From an uncultured Oscillospiraceae bacterium (lineage in GTDB: Bacteria > Bacillota > Clostridia > Christensenellales > Aristaeellaceae): a stretch of DNA of 58,070 bases. The number at the start of each line of letters is the position of its first letter. Within the stretch, counting starts at the first letter, position 1. Below, in pieces: positions 6,895 through 15,504 of this stretch. The stretch lies in contig CAZKJW010000001.1 in NCBI GenBank assembly GCA_964553125.1, positions 31,316 through 89,385 of the forward strand, read 5' to 3'. Position numbers and translations under genes: made by a program. The notes under the pieces were generated by a model. That model did not search any database. It saw nothing but the letters and a program-made list of their open reading frames with translations, and was not told where the DNA came from.

Positions 6895-6921
6895 CGCGAA
6901 AAATACAAGCGGCTTTATGAA
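6895..6921 (+). promoter_or_regulatory. Phage-specific promoter-like motif, copy 8/9
   Basis: CGCGAAAAATACAAGCGGCTTTATGAA. Confidence 0.5.
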
Positions 6922-6956
6922 GGGATAACCCCCGAATTTGAAAGGAGAAATGAGCA

Positions 6957-7232
6957 ATGGAAAACATGGAAATGAACGAGATCATCACCACGGAAGCAAT
7001 GGAAGATACGATGACGGAAGCGGTTGCTTCGGGCAAGTCTGGCGTAAAGACCGGTTTGGTGGTCGGTGGATCGATGGTTCTGGGAGCGGTGCTCTACGAA
7101 CGGGTTGTGAAGCCGGTCGGACGGAAGATTGGCGCAAAGATTGCCAGTAAGGTAGCTGCCAAGAAGGCGAAGAAGGCTGAAGCGGTGGATCTGTGTGACA
7201 TGGACATTGAGGACATTCCCGATATCGAATGA
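6957..7232 (+). CDS. 91-aa protein with a central TM and an acidic C-terminus
   Basis: AAAGGAGAA SD. Contains KTGLVVGGSMVLGAVLYERVV. Confidence 0.6.
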   Translation: MENMEMNEIITTEAMEDTMTEAVASGKSGVKTGLVVGGSMVLGAVLYERVVKPVGRKIGAKIASKVAAKKAKKAEAVDLCDMDIEDIPDIE

Positions 7233-7243
7233 GGAATCCCAAC

Positions 7244-7287
7244 AAGGCGAGAGCGCTGAATGCAAGGCGCTTTCGCCTTTTCTTTTT
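7244..7287 (+). terminator. Rho-independent terminator
   Basis: AAGGCGAGAGCGC-tgaatgcaag-GCGCTTTCGCCTT plus TTCTTTTT. Confidence 0.75.
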
Positions 7288-7316
7288 AATAAGAACGGCA
7301 AAGGAGTATGAAAGAG

Positions 7317-7913
7317 ATGGAAGAATATAAATCCAATTCGAACCGTTCGAAAGAGCAGGAAAAGCCTGCTGAGCGCAGGACGGGCAAGGTGATTTCCGGC
7401 GAAGCGCATCGGCGCAAAAAGAGCAATCTGAGCAAGGCGGGCAGCGTATTCATGCCGGGCGATGTGGACAGTGTAAAGAACTATATTTTGATGGACGTGC
7501 TGGTGCCCTCTATCAAGCGCGCTATTTCAGATATCGTTTGCAACGGCATCAATATGCTGCTGGGCGAACCGCCCCGTTCGAAATCGGGCGGACAGGCTGC
7601 GAAGGTAAACTATCGCTCCTATTACGAGCAGCAGAATGAGCGCCGGGACTACAATCGCCCCAGGGCACAGGCGGTCTACACCTATGATGATATTGTGTTC
7701 CCTACCCGCGGGGATGCGGAGGAAGTGCTGTACCGAATGGAAGAATTGTTGGAACGATTCGACGTGGTAAGTGTTGCTGATTTATTCGATATGGCGGGCA
7801 TCAGCTGCAATTATACTGATAATAAATATGGCTGGACGAACCTGCGCGACGCTCATGTGGAGCATGTCAGCGACGGCTATATCATTCGTCTTCCAAGGGC
7901 AACGGCATTATAA
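7317..7913 (+). CDS. Hypothetical protein (198 aa)
   Basis: The ATG at 7317 is 10 nt after GGAG. The track ATG at 7308 is only 1 nt after it. Confidence 0.6.
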   Translation: MEEYKSNSNRSKEQEKPAERRTGKVISGEAHRRKKSNLSKAGSVFMPGDVDSVKNYILMDVLVPSIKRAISDIVCNGINMLLGEPPRSKSGGQAAKVNYRSYYEQQNERRDYNRPRAQAVYTYDDIVFPTRGDAEEVLYRMEELLERFDVVSVADLFDMAGISCNYTDNKYGWTNLRDAHVEHVSDGYIIRLPRATAL

Positions 7914-7925
7914 GGAGACATCATA

Positions 7926-8231
7926 ATGAAAGACAATATTAACCATCCGGAGCATTATAAAACCAAAAACGGTTTGGAGACAATTGATGTGATCGAAGCG
8001 TTTACGCAAGGGCTTTCGGGCGGCGAAGCGACCAACACGGGCAACGTCCTCAAGTATATGTGTCGCTGGAAGAAAAAGAACGGTTTGGAGGATCTGAAGA
8101 AGGCGCAGTGGTATCTGAATCGTCTGATCGATTCGGTCGAGAGCAAGCAGAAAGAAGAAATGCTTTCTGCGTGTTCCGCGCTGAGCGCCACGACAGCGCA
8201 TAACGAAACAGAGAACGGGAGGTTCTATTGA
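7926..8231 (+). CDS. DUF3310-family phage protein
   Basis: NHPEHYK...IDVIEAF...GNVLKYMCRWKKKNGLEDLKKAQWYLNRLI matches my recollection of the DUF3310 signature. Confidence 0.75.
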   Translation: MKDNINHPEHYKTKNGLETIDVIEAFTQGLSGGEATNTGNVLKYMCRWKKKNGLEDLKKAQWYLNRLIDSVESKQKEEMLSACSALSATTAHNETENGRFY

Positions 8232-9139
8232 TGAAAATGGATATTTCGAATTTTACCAGCAAGGCAAAGCTGGTTTTGAAGAAACACAGCCCGGAAATTC
8301 TGGTGTTTCTGGGCATTGGGGGCACGGTAACAGGCGCGGTGATGGCCTGCAAGGCAACACGCAAGATGGATGATGTGCTGGCTGATCACGCTGAACGTGT
8401 GGAAACGGTCAAAAAACGGGATCCGGACGATAAAAAGGAACTGACAAAGGCATATGCGCACACTGGCGTTCAGCTTGTGAAGCTGTACGGTCCGTCGATC
8501 ACGGTGGGTGCGCTGTCTGTCAGCAGCATTCTGGCGGGCAACAGTATTCTGCGCAAGCGCAACGTGGCGCTGGCTGCGGCTTATGCGGCGGTGGATCAGG
8601 GATTTAAGGACTACCGGGGCCGTGTGGTGGAACGCTTCGGCGCGGAAACGGATAACGAACTTCGCCACAATCTGCATAAGGAAAAGATTGACGAAACGGT
8701 TGAGGATGAGAACGGCAAGAAAAAGAAGGTTAAGCGCGAGATTACAGTGGTCGGTGACGACGCGCCCAGCGATTACGCACGGTACTTTGTGAAGGGCGAG
8801 GCCAAGGCCGCAGAAGGAAACGATAGCTACGATCTCTTTTATCTCCGTTCCCAGCAAGAATTGGCGAATCATATGCTGCGCGCCAGAGGCTTCGTTACGT
8901 TGAACGACGCGTATGAACTGCTGGGCATCGATCCTTCTGTTGCCGGACAAATGGTCGGCTGGGTCTACGATAAGAACGACGATGCCCACGGCGACAACTA
9001 TATTGACTTCCGGATTCAGGAGGTTTATCGCAAACGCAGTGACACGCCCGGTGATTACGAGAAGGTATTTCTCATTGATCCCAATGTGGACGGCGGCATT
9101 CTGGATCATGCAGTGGCAAAGGGTCTGATCACAATGTGA
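8231..9139 (+). CDS. Membrane protein, paralog C
   Basis: GGGAGG 8 nt before the ATG at 8231. LKKHSPEILVFLGIGGTVTGAVMACKATRK, AAYA..DYRGRVVERFG and LNDAYELLGI..GW. Confidence 0.7.
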   Translation: MKMDISNFTSKAKLVLKKHSPEILVFLGIGGTVTGAVMACKATRKMDDVLADHAERVETVKKRDPDDKKELTKAYAHTGVQLVKLYGPSITVGALSVSSILAGNSILRKRNVALAAAYAAVDQGFKDYRGRVVERFGAETDNELRHNLHKEKIDETVEDENGKKKKVKREITVVGDDAPSDYARYFVKGEAKAAEGNDSYDLFYLRSQQELANHMLRARGFVTLNDAYELLGIDPSVAGQMVGWVYDKNDDAHGDNYIDFRIQEVYRKRSDTPGDYEKVFLIDPNVDGGILDHAVAKGLITM

Positions 9140-9158
9140 CGGCCCTTTTTTCTTTTGG
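9119..9158 (+). terminator. Terminator-like hairpin overlapping the gene end
   Basis: AAGGGTC-(14 nt)-GGCCCTT plus TTTTCTTTT. Confidence 0.5.
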
Positions 9159-9184
9159 ATTCCGATGAAAAGGAGGTTGACAGC

Positions 9185-9295
9185 GTGGATACCGCATTGA
9201 AGGCTGCAACGGGCATTATGTTTGCGGCGATGGCCGGCGTTTGTCTGCTTGGCGGCGTGGCTGTGCTGAAGAAAGGCAAAAAGCAAGCGAGGTAA
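9185..9295 (+). CDS. 36-aa TM peptide
   Basis: AAAGGAGG before the GTG. Product VDTALKAATGIMFAAMAGVCLLGGVAVLKKGKKQAR. Confidence 0.4.
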   Translation: MDTALKAATGIMFAAMAGVCLLGGVAVLKKGKKQAR

Positions 9296-9302
9296 TGTGC
9301 AG

Positions 9303-9452
9303 ATGGAAACTATGGACGCATTGATATTTGCGCTGGACAGCATTCTGGACACCAGACGAAAACGCCATATTGTGAGCGGCATGCTGCTGAGCGCGTCCGC
9401 TCTCTTTGGCGGATTGGCAATCACTGTGCTCACAATCCGGGGAGATGTGTGA
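9303..9452 (+). CDS. 49-aa TM peptide
   Basis: Product METMDALIFALDSILDTRRKRHIVSGMLLSASALFGGLAITVLTIRGDV. Weak SD. Confidence 0.35.
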   Translation: METMDALIFALDSILDTRRKRHIVSGMLLSASALFGGLAITVLTIRGDV

Positions 9453-9484
9453 GACCATCGAACTTAGTGTTAACTTAGATTAGA

Positions 9485-9577
9485 AGGGAGCCCGTAGGGT
9501 GACTAAGGGCGAGGACATTCTGAAAGAGTGCCGCAGCCCTGTACCCGAAGCCGGTTGAAGACCGGATGCGGGCGAGA
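9485..9577 (+). ncRNA. Conserved structured element, copy 3/3
   Basis: AGGGAG-CCCGTAGGG-T-GACTAAGGGCGAGGA, hairpin CATTC-TGAAA-GAGTG, CCGCAGCCCTGTACCCG-AAG-CCGG-TTGAAGA-CCGG-ATG-CGGGCGAGA. AAAAGGAGGG follows. Confidence 0.45.
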
Positions 9578-9614
9578 CAGAAAAGGAGGGAGCGCCTCTG
9601 CGGCGCGCAATGGT

Positions 9615-9917
9615 ATGTTTTGGGCAATTATTCTGACTTTCGTAATGACGGTGCTGGCAATGCTGGTGCTGTTTCTTCGTGACGGCAACATGAAGCAGGC
9701 GAAGGAGAACCATCGTCTTCACAGTGAAAACGATGATTTGAAGCGTCAGATTTCCGGCTATTACGATCAGGATCAGCGTCGCAGGGAACGCTCCGCTTAT
9801 GATCGCGGGCTTTATGACGGACGGCAGACAGACGCGCTGTATCGCAATGTACTCAAGCGATATTCTGTGCGGGAGCAGGCGGACGTGATGATGAACGGCG
9901 AGGAGGCGAAGCAATGA
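9615..9917 (+). CDS. Membrane-anchored protein (100 aa)
   Basis: Product MFWAIILTFVMTVLAMLVLFL... The track start at 9528 would translate through the structured element. The start is uncertain because the SD is 27 nt away. Confidence 0.5.
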   Translation: MFWAIILTFVMTVLAMLVLFLRDGNMKQAKENHRLHSENDDLKRQISGYYDQDQRRRERSAYDRGLYDGRQTDALYRNVLKRYSVREQADVMMNGEEAKQ

Positions 9918-10483
9918 ACAAAGGAACAGTTGGATTGATATTCTTTGCCGCCGGTTCGGCAGCGGGTTTTATGGCAGCGCAAAAGCTGCTCAAGGATAAA
10001 TACGAACAGCTTGCACAGGCCGAGATTGATTCGGTGAAGGCGGTTTTCCGCAAGCATGAAACGGCGAAAGGGGAGAAACCAACGGAGACTAAAACGGATC
10101 CCGCCCCCGAGGCAAGTGAACGTGAGCGGATCAGCTATCGAAAATACGGAGAATCGCTGAAATATATCCAAAAGCAGGAGGAACCGCAGGTGGAGATGAA
10201 GCCCCGCATTATTTCGCCGGATGAATTCGGCGAGCAGGATGGCTATGATGAGATCAGCTTGACATATTATGCGGACAGGACGCTTACGGACGATCATGAC
10301 CATCCGATGAGTGACGACGAGATCGAGGAAACAGTGGGGAAAGAAAGCCTTCGTCATTTCGGGGAATACGAGCCGGATTCGGTCTTTGTGCGCAATGACA
10401 GGCTGAAGGCGGACTATGAGATTTTGATGGATCAGCGCGCCTATGCGCAGGTATTAGAAGAGAAACCGTGGCTGGCACGATAA
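9914..10483 (+). CDS. Membrane-anchored protein (189 aa)
   Basis: GAGGAGG SD and an ATGA overlap. Contains GLIFFAAGSAAGFMAA. Confidence 0.65.
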   Translation: MNKGTVGLIFFAAGSAAGFMAAQKLLKDKYEQLAQAEIDSVKAVFRKHETAKGEKPTETKTDPAPEASERERISYRKYGESLKYIQKQEEPQVEMKPRIISPDEFGEQDGYDEISLTYYADRTLTDDHDHPMSDDEIEETVGKESLRHFGEYEPDSVFVRNDRLKADYEILMDQRAYAQVLEEKPWLAR

Positions 10484-10501
10484 CGAGGAGGAATTGATAT
10501 T

Positions 10502-11089
10502 TTGCATGCGAACGTGAGAGGAGTGAAGCGAAGCAACCGAATCAGACAGGAATATTTAGACTGGATGACCCGACTCGTCTGCGAAAACGGGTATGGCGGC
10601 AATGGATCGTGGAATTGCCTTTTCGCTATGCTTTACGAAACAGAATTTACTTATCTGATGGACATGGACGAAAACCGGGCGATTGACGGATGCGATCTGC
10701 GGTACCGGTTCGGCTACGAATGCGGCTATTCCGGTCAGATAATCGAAGATGAACTGGACGGGCGGCCATGCAGCGTTCTGGAAATGATGGTAGCGCTGGC
10801 TATGCGATGCGAAGAACATATCATGGATGATCCGGACAGCGGAAACCGAACGGGCAAATGGTTCTTTGACATGATTGACAGCCTGGGACTCATCGATATG
10901 CACGACAGCCGCTTTGACTCGCTTTGCGCCCAAGCGGTTGTTTCACGTTTTCTCAGGCGCGAATATGGCGAGAATGGCTGTGGCGGTTTGTTTACCCTCA
11001 AGTACCGCAGCGCTGATATGCGGCGGATTGAGATTTGGTATCAGGCAATGTGGTATTTAGACGAAATGATCTATGGAGAAAGGATGTGA
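10502..11089 (+). CDS. Hypothetical protein (195 aa)
   Basis: ORF-track frame with a TTG start after GAGGAGG. The start is uncertain. Confidence 0.55.
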   Translation: MHANVRGVKRSNRIRQEYLDWMTRLVCENGYGGNGSWNCLFAMLYETEFTYLMDMDENRAIDGCDLRYRFGYECGYSGQIIEDELDGRPCSVLEMMVALAMRCEEHIMDDPDSGNRTGKWFFDMIDSLGLIDMHDSRFDSLCAQAVVSRFLRREYGENGCGGLFTLKYRSADMRRIEIWYQAMWYLDEMIYGERM

Positions 11090-11094
11090 TCCAA

Positions 11095-11283
11095 ATGCCC
11101 GATCATGTGGTATTTGTGACGACGGAACTGCAGGAGCGGAGAATCCTTCAGCTTGAAGCAGCGCTGCGCAGACAAAATAAGCAGATTCGCCGCCTTGCGA
11201 ATGCGGGTCTTTTGCTGGTGGGGATGGGGCTGGTTCTGCAAAGGCAGATTGATATCTTGAACAATAAGGAACAGAAAAAATAA
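11095..11283 (+). CDS. 62-aa coiled-coil/TM protein
   Basis: The ATG at 11095 follows GGAGAAAGGA. Product MPDHVVFVTTELQERRILQLEAALRR...LLLVGMGLVL. Confidence 0.5.
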   Translation: MPDHVVFVTTELQERRILQLEAALRRQNKQIRRLANAGLLLVGMGLVLQRQIDILNNKEQKK

Positions 11284-11303
11284 ATGAAAGAGCGGGTTGA
11301 GGC

Positions 11304-14300
11304 ATGATCGATTTTCTGATGATTTCCACCCGCCCGACCAAGCGCGGGATCATTGAAATCTACCCCAAATTCATCATACGAAATCCCAGCGAGCATCTGA
11401 TGATCCGCGGCAGCGATTTCTATGCGATTTGGCTGGAGGAAAAGGGATTGTGGTCGACCAACGAGCAGGACGCCATTGATATCATTGACAGAGAACTGGA
11501 CGCTTACGCTAAGGAAAACGCTGCGCGCTTCGAAGGCGGGTTCCGGGTACTCCATATGTGGGATGCGGAAAGCGGCATGATCGACGCATGGCACAAATAT
11601 TGCCAGCGGCAGATGCGCGATTCGTTTCACATGCTGGACGAAAAATTGATATTTTCCAACACGCAGACCACCCGGAAAGACTATGCCTCCAAACGGCTTC
11701 CCTATCCTTTGGAGAAGGGTGAATGCAACGCGTGGAACAGGCTGATAAGCGTTTTATATTCTCCCGAGGAAAGGAGGAAAATCGAATGGGCCATCGGGTC
11801 TATCGTCTCGGGCGACAGCAGAAAGCTGCAGAAATTCATGGTGTTTTACGGCGCGGCTGGTACGGGCAAATCCACAATTATTAACGTGATCCAGCAGCTC
11901 TTCGAGGGGTATACCAGTGTGTTTGACGCAAAAGCGCTGGGCAGCGCCAGCAACAGCTTTGCGCTGGAAGCGTTTAAGACCAATCCGCTGGTGGCGATTC
12001 AGCACGATGGCGACCTGAGCCGCATCGAGGATAACACACGGCTGAACTCTCTGGTCAGTCACGAAATGATGACGGTGAACGAAAAGTTCAAAAGCACTTA
12101 TGCCAACCGGTTTAAGTGCTTTCTCTTTATGGGTACCAACAAGCCGGTCAAGATAACGGACGCAAAGAGCGGTCTGATCAGACGACTGATCGACGTAACC
12201 CCAACGGGCGAAAAGCTGAACCCCAGTGAATATCGTCAGCTCATGAAGCAGATTAGTTTTGAATTGGGAGCAATCGCCAGTCACTGCATGGAAGAGTACC
12301 TGGATCACCCGGATGCTTACGACGATTATATTCCTATCAGTATGTTGGATGCGAGCAACGATTTCTACAACTTCGTAGTAGATTCGTGGCATGTATTCAG
12401 CAAGGAGAATGAGACCACGCTGAAGGCTGCATGGGAGATGTACAAGACGTATTGTGACGATGCGAAGGTCTCCTATCCCTATCCCAAGCGCGCATTCAAG
12501 GAAGAGCTGAAGAACTACTTCCGGGAATACGAGGAGCGCAAGCTGCTTCCAGATGGCAGCCGCGTTCGGAATTATTACTCCGGTTTCCAAACAGAGAAAT
12601 TTGAAACCGACCATCCGAAAGATTCGGCGCCTGCACTTGCGCCCAAGATTGATTTGAAGACTCAACCGTCCCTGCTGGATGAGATTCTGGCCGACTGCCC
12701 GGCGCAATATTCCAACGAAGCGGGCACGCCTTGCCGGAAATGGGAAAACGTGAAAACCACCCTGCGGGAGCTGGACACAAGCCGGGAGCACTACGTAAAA
12801 TCCCCCGAGAAGCTCATCGTGATCGACTTTGATATTCCGGGTAAGGATGGGCAAAAGGATTTCGCCAAGAATCTGGAGGAAGCGAGTAAATGGCCGCCGA
12901 CCTACGCTGAGGTGAGCAAGAGCGGCAAAGCGGTTCATTTGCACTATTGGTACGAGGGCAACGTTTCACAACTCAGCCGTATTTACGCCGAGCACATTGA
13001 GATTAAAGTGTTCAGCGGCAACAGCAGCCTGCGAAGAAAGCTGACGCTGTGCAACAATTTGCCTGTGGCGACCATCTCTCATGGTTTGCCTTTGAAAGAG
13101 GTGAAGAAAACGGTTCATTTCGATTCGGTTCAAAGCGAAAAGGGGTTGCGGGAGCTTATCAAACGGAATTTGGGCAAGGAGATTCATCCGGCAACCAAAC
13201 CAAGTATCGATTTCATTGCAAAGATTTTAGACGATGCCTATAAGAGTGGCTTGAGTTATGACGTAAGCGACATGAAGAACGCGGCGATTCGCTTCGCTTC
13301 GATGAGCACACATCAGGCGGAATACTGCCTGAAACAGGTGGTGCAGATGAAATTCAAGAGCGAAGATCACTTGCATGGCGAGCTGCTGGACGACAGCCTC
13401 ATGATATTTTACGATGTGGAGGTTTTTCCGAACCTGTTCCTGGTAAACTGGAAAACCGCCGAGGACTATTCGCCAAAGGATTTTAAGACGTGGGATGAGT
13501 ACGTCCACAAGCTGCAATCCGATCACAAACCCGTGGTGCGGATGATTAACCCAAAGCCTACTGAAATTGAGGAGCTGATGCGTCATAAGCTGGTGGGTTT
13601 CAACTGCCGTCGCTACGACAACCACATTCTCTATGCTCGCCTGATGGGTTACTCGAACGAGATGCTTTACACCCTCAGTCAGAAGATCGTTTGCGGCGGC
13701 AAGCGCTCGGACGCGTTTCTTGGCGAAGCCTACAACGTGAGCTACACGGACGTATACGACTTTGCTTCGGCGGCGAACAAAAAGAGCCTAAAGAAATTCG
13801 AGATTGAATTGGGCATTCACCACCAGGAGCTGGGGCTGCCGTGGGACAAGCCGGTTCCTGAGGAACTTTGGGGAAGGGTCGCCGAATACTGCGACAACGA
13901 CGTCCTGGCAACGGAGGCGGTGTTCAACCATCTTTCCGGCGACTGGACGGCGCGTCAGATTCTGGCGGACATCGCGGGCATGACGGTGAACGACACCACC
14001 AACAGTCTGACTACCCGTATTATATTTGACCGCAACCGCAAGCCGCAGGGAGACTTTAACTACCGCGACCTATCCCAGCCTGTGCGGGAACTGACAGAGG
14101 AAGTGCTCGATTTCCTCAAGACTGCTGCGCCCTCTATGATGGAAAAGCTCCACGGCGAGGAAGAAAGTCTGCTGCCTTATTTTCCAGGCTATCAATACAA
14201 CAGGGGCGTATCCACCTATCGCGGAGAAGAAGTTGGGGAAGGCGGCTATGTGTACGCGCAGCCCGGTATTCACGGCAATGTGGCCTTGCTGGATATTGCA

Positions 14301-15479
14301 TCCATGCATCCGCACAGCGTGATTGCAGAGTGTCTGTTCGGGCCGGAATTTACCGAACGGTTCAAGGAAATTGTGGATGGGCGCGTAAGCATCAAACACG
14401 AGGCGTGGGATCAAATCAATGATATTCTGGGCGGAAAGCTGGCTCCCTACATCAAAAAAGTGCAAAATGGCGAATTGACCGCCAAGGAGCTTGCCAACGC
14501 CCTGAAAACCGCGATCAACTCCGTTTACGGCTTGACCTCTGCGGCATTTGAGAACGCTTTCCGCGACCCGAGAAACCGTGACAACATCGTTGCCAAGCGC
14601 GGTGCGCTGTTTATGGTGAACCTGAAAAATGAGGTGCAGAAGCGCGGCTTCACCGTAGCGCACATCAAGACCGACTCCATCAAGATTCCCGACGCAACGC
14701 CTGAGATCATCCAATTCGTGATGGATTATGGCAAGCAGTTCGGCTACACCTTTGAGCATGAAGCCACCTACGACAAGATGTGTCTGGTGAACGACGCCGT
14801 ATACATTGCCAAATACGATACGCCAAACGACTGCATGAACAAATACGGCTATGTTCCGGGCGATATCAAGGATCACCCCGGACAGTGGACGGCAACTGGC
14901 AAGCAGTTTGCGGTACCCTATGTATTCAAGACCCTCTTCAGCCGTGAACCGATTGAATTTTCTGACATGTGCGAAACATTTTCCGTCAGCGGCGCGCTGT
15001 ATCTGGATATGAACGAGACGCTGCCAGATGTGGAGGAGACGGAGAAGGCGCTTTCCAAGCTCATGAAGGAAAACAACTTGAGCCATGAACAGTTAATGGA
15101 CTTTCAGGAATCGGGCGAACTGCCGGAGCACTGCAACAGCGCATCATTGGCGATGAATCTGCGCGCCATGCTGGATGACATCGCGAGAGGGCACGACTAT
15201 CACTTTATCGGCAGAGTCGGGCAGTTTACGCCGGTAAAGCCGGGAATGGGCGGGGGCGTGCTGCTGCGCGAATCCGGAGGAAAGTATTCCGCAGCGACGG
15301 GCAGCAAGGGCTACCGCTGGATGGAATCCGAGATGGTGAAAACCCTCGGAATGGAAGACTGTATTGACCGAAGTTACTACAACAAACTGGTGGATGACGC
15401 GATTGCGGCCATCGGAAAATACGGAGACTTTGAATGGTTTCAGTCCGAAGACCGCTATGACGTACCACTCGAAAGCTAA
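11304..15479 (+). CDS. Replicase fusion: SF3 (D5/P4-type) helicase NTPase + archaeo-eukaryotic primase (AEP) + 3'-5' exonuclease + family B DNA polymerase
   Basis: Walker A: YGAAGTGKST; motif C: FMGTNKP. AEP: VIDFDI ... SKSGKAVHLHYW. Exonuclease: FYDVEVFPN ... YCDNDV. PolB motif A: LDIASMHPHS; motif B: KTAINSVYG; motif C: IKTDSI. Confidence 0.85.
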   Translation: MIDFLMISTRPTKRGIIEIYPKFIIRNPSEHLMIRGSDFYAIWLEEKGLWSTNEQDAIDIIDRELDAYAKENAARFEGGFRVLHMWDAESGMIDAWHKYCQRQMRDSFHMLDEKLIFSNTQTTRKDYASKRLPYPLEKGECNAWNRLISVLYSPEERRKIEWAIGSIVSGDSRKLQKFMVFYGAAGTGKSTIINVIQQLFEGYTSVFDAKALGSASNSFALEAFKTNPLVAIQHDGDLSRIEDNTRLNSLVSHEMMTVNEKFKSTYANRFKCFLFMGTNKPVKITDAKSGLIRRLIDVTPTGEKLNPSEYRQLMKQISFELGAIASHCMEEYLDHPDAYDDYIPISMLDASNDFYNFVVDSWHVFSKENETTLKAAWEMYKTYCDDAKVSYPYPKRAFKEELKNYFREYEERKLLPDGSRVRNYYSGFQTEKFETDHPKDSAPALAPKIDLKTQPSLLDEILADCPAQYSNEAGTPCRKWENVKTTLRELDTSREHYVKSPEKLIVIDFDIPGKDGQKDFAKNLEEASKWPPTYAEVSKSGKAVHLHYWYEGNVSQLSRIYAEHIEIKVFSGNSSLRRKLTLCNNLPVATISHGLPLKEVKKTVHFDSVQSEKGLRELIKRNLGKEIHPATKPSIDFIAKILDDAYKSGLSYDVSDMKNAAIRFASMSTHQAEYCLKQVVQMKFKSEDHLHGELLDDSLMIFYDVEVFPNLFLVNWKTAEDYSPKDFKTWDEYVHKLQSDHKPVVRMINPKPTEIEELMRHKLVGFNCRRYDNHILYARLMGYSNEMLYTLSQKIVCGGKRSDAFLGEAYNVSYTDVYDFASAANKKSLKKFEIELGIHHQELGLPWDKPVPEELWGRVAEYCDNDVLATEAVFNHLSGDWTARQILADIAGMTVNDTTNSLTTRIIFDRNRKPQGDFNYRDLSQPVRELTEEVLDFLKTAAPSMMEKLHGEEESLLPYFPGYQYNRGVSTYRGEEVGEGGYVYAQPGIHGNVALLDIASMHPHSVIAECLFGPEFTERFKEIVDGRVSIKHEAWDQINDILGGKLAPYIKKVQNGELTAKELANALKTAINSVYGLTSAAFENAFRDPRNRDNIVAKRGALFMVNLKNEVQKRGFTVAHIKTDSIKIPDATPEIIQFVMDYGKQFGYTFEHEATYDKMCLVNDAVYIAKYDTPNDCMNKYGYVPGDIKDHPGQWTATGKQFAVPYVFKTLFSREPIEFSDMCETFSVSGALYLDMNETLPDVEETEKALSKLMKENNLSHEQLMDFQESGELPEHCNSASLAMNLRAMLDDIARGHDYHFIGRVGQFTPVKPGMGGGVLLRESGGKYSAATGSKGYRWMESEMVKTLGMEDCIDRSYYNKLVDDAIAAIGKYGDFEWFQSEDRYDVPLES

Positions 15480-15504
15480 TTGATATTTCAGGAGGAAGAA
15501 AATC

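Noticed and set aside
655-6921. Whether the regularly recurring motif and hairpin units could be a CRISPR-like array.
   Set aside because: The spacing is 340-3700 bp and irregular, the units contain translated genes with SD sites, and the repeat is only 27 nt with variable internal positions. There are no cas genes.
8225-9433. A 402-aa - strand ORF (and similar ones at 2085-3068 and 16296-17471).
   Set aside because: They are antisense shadows of well-supported + strand genes, with no SD and Arg/Leu/His-rich composition.
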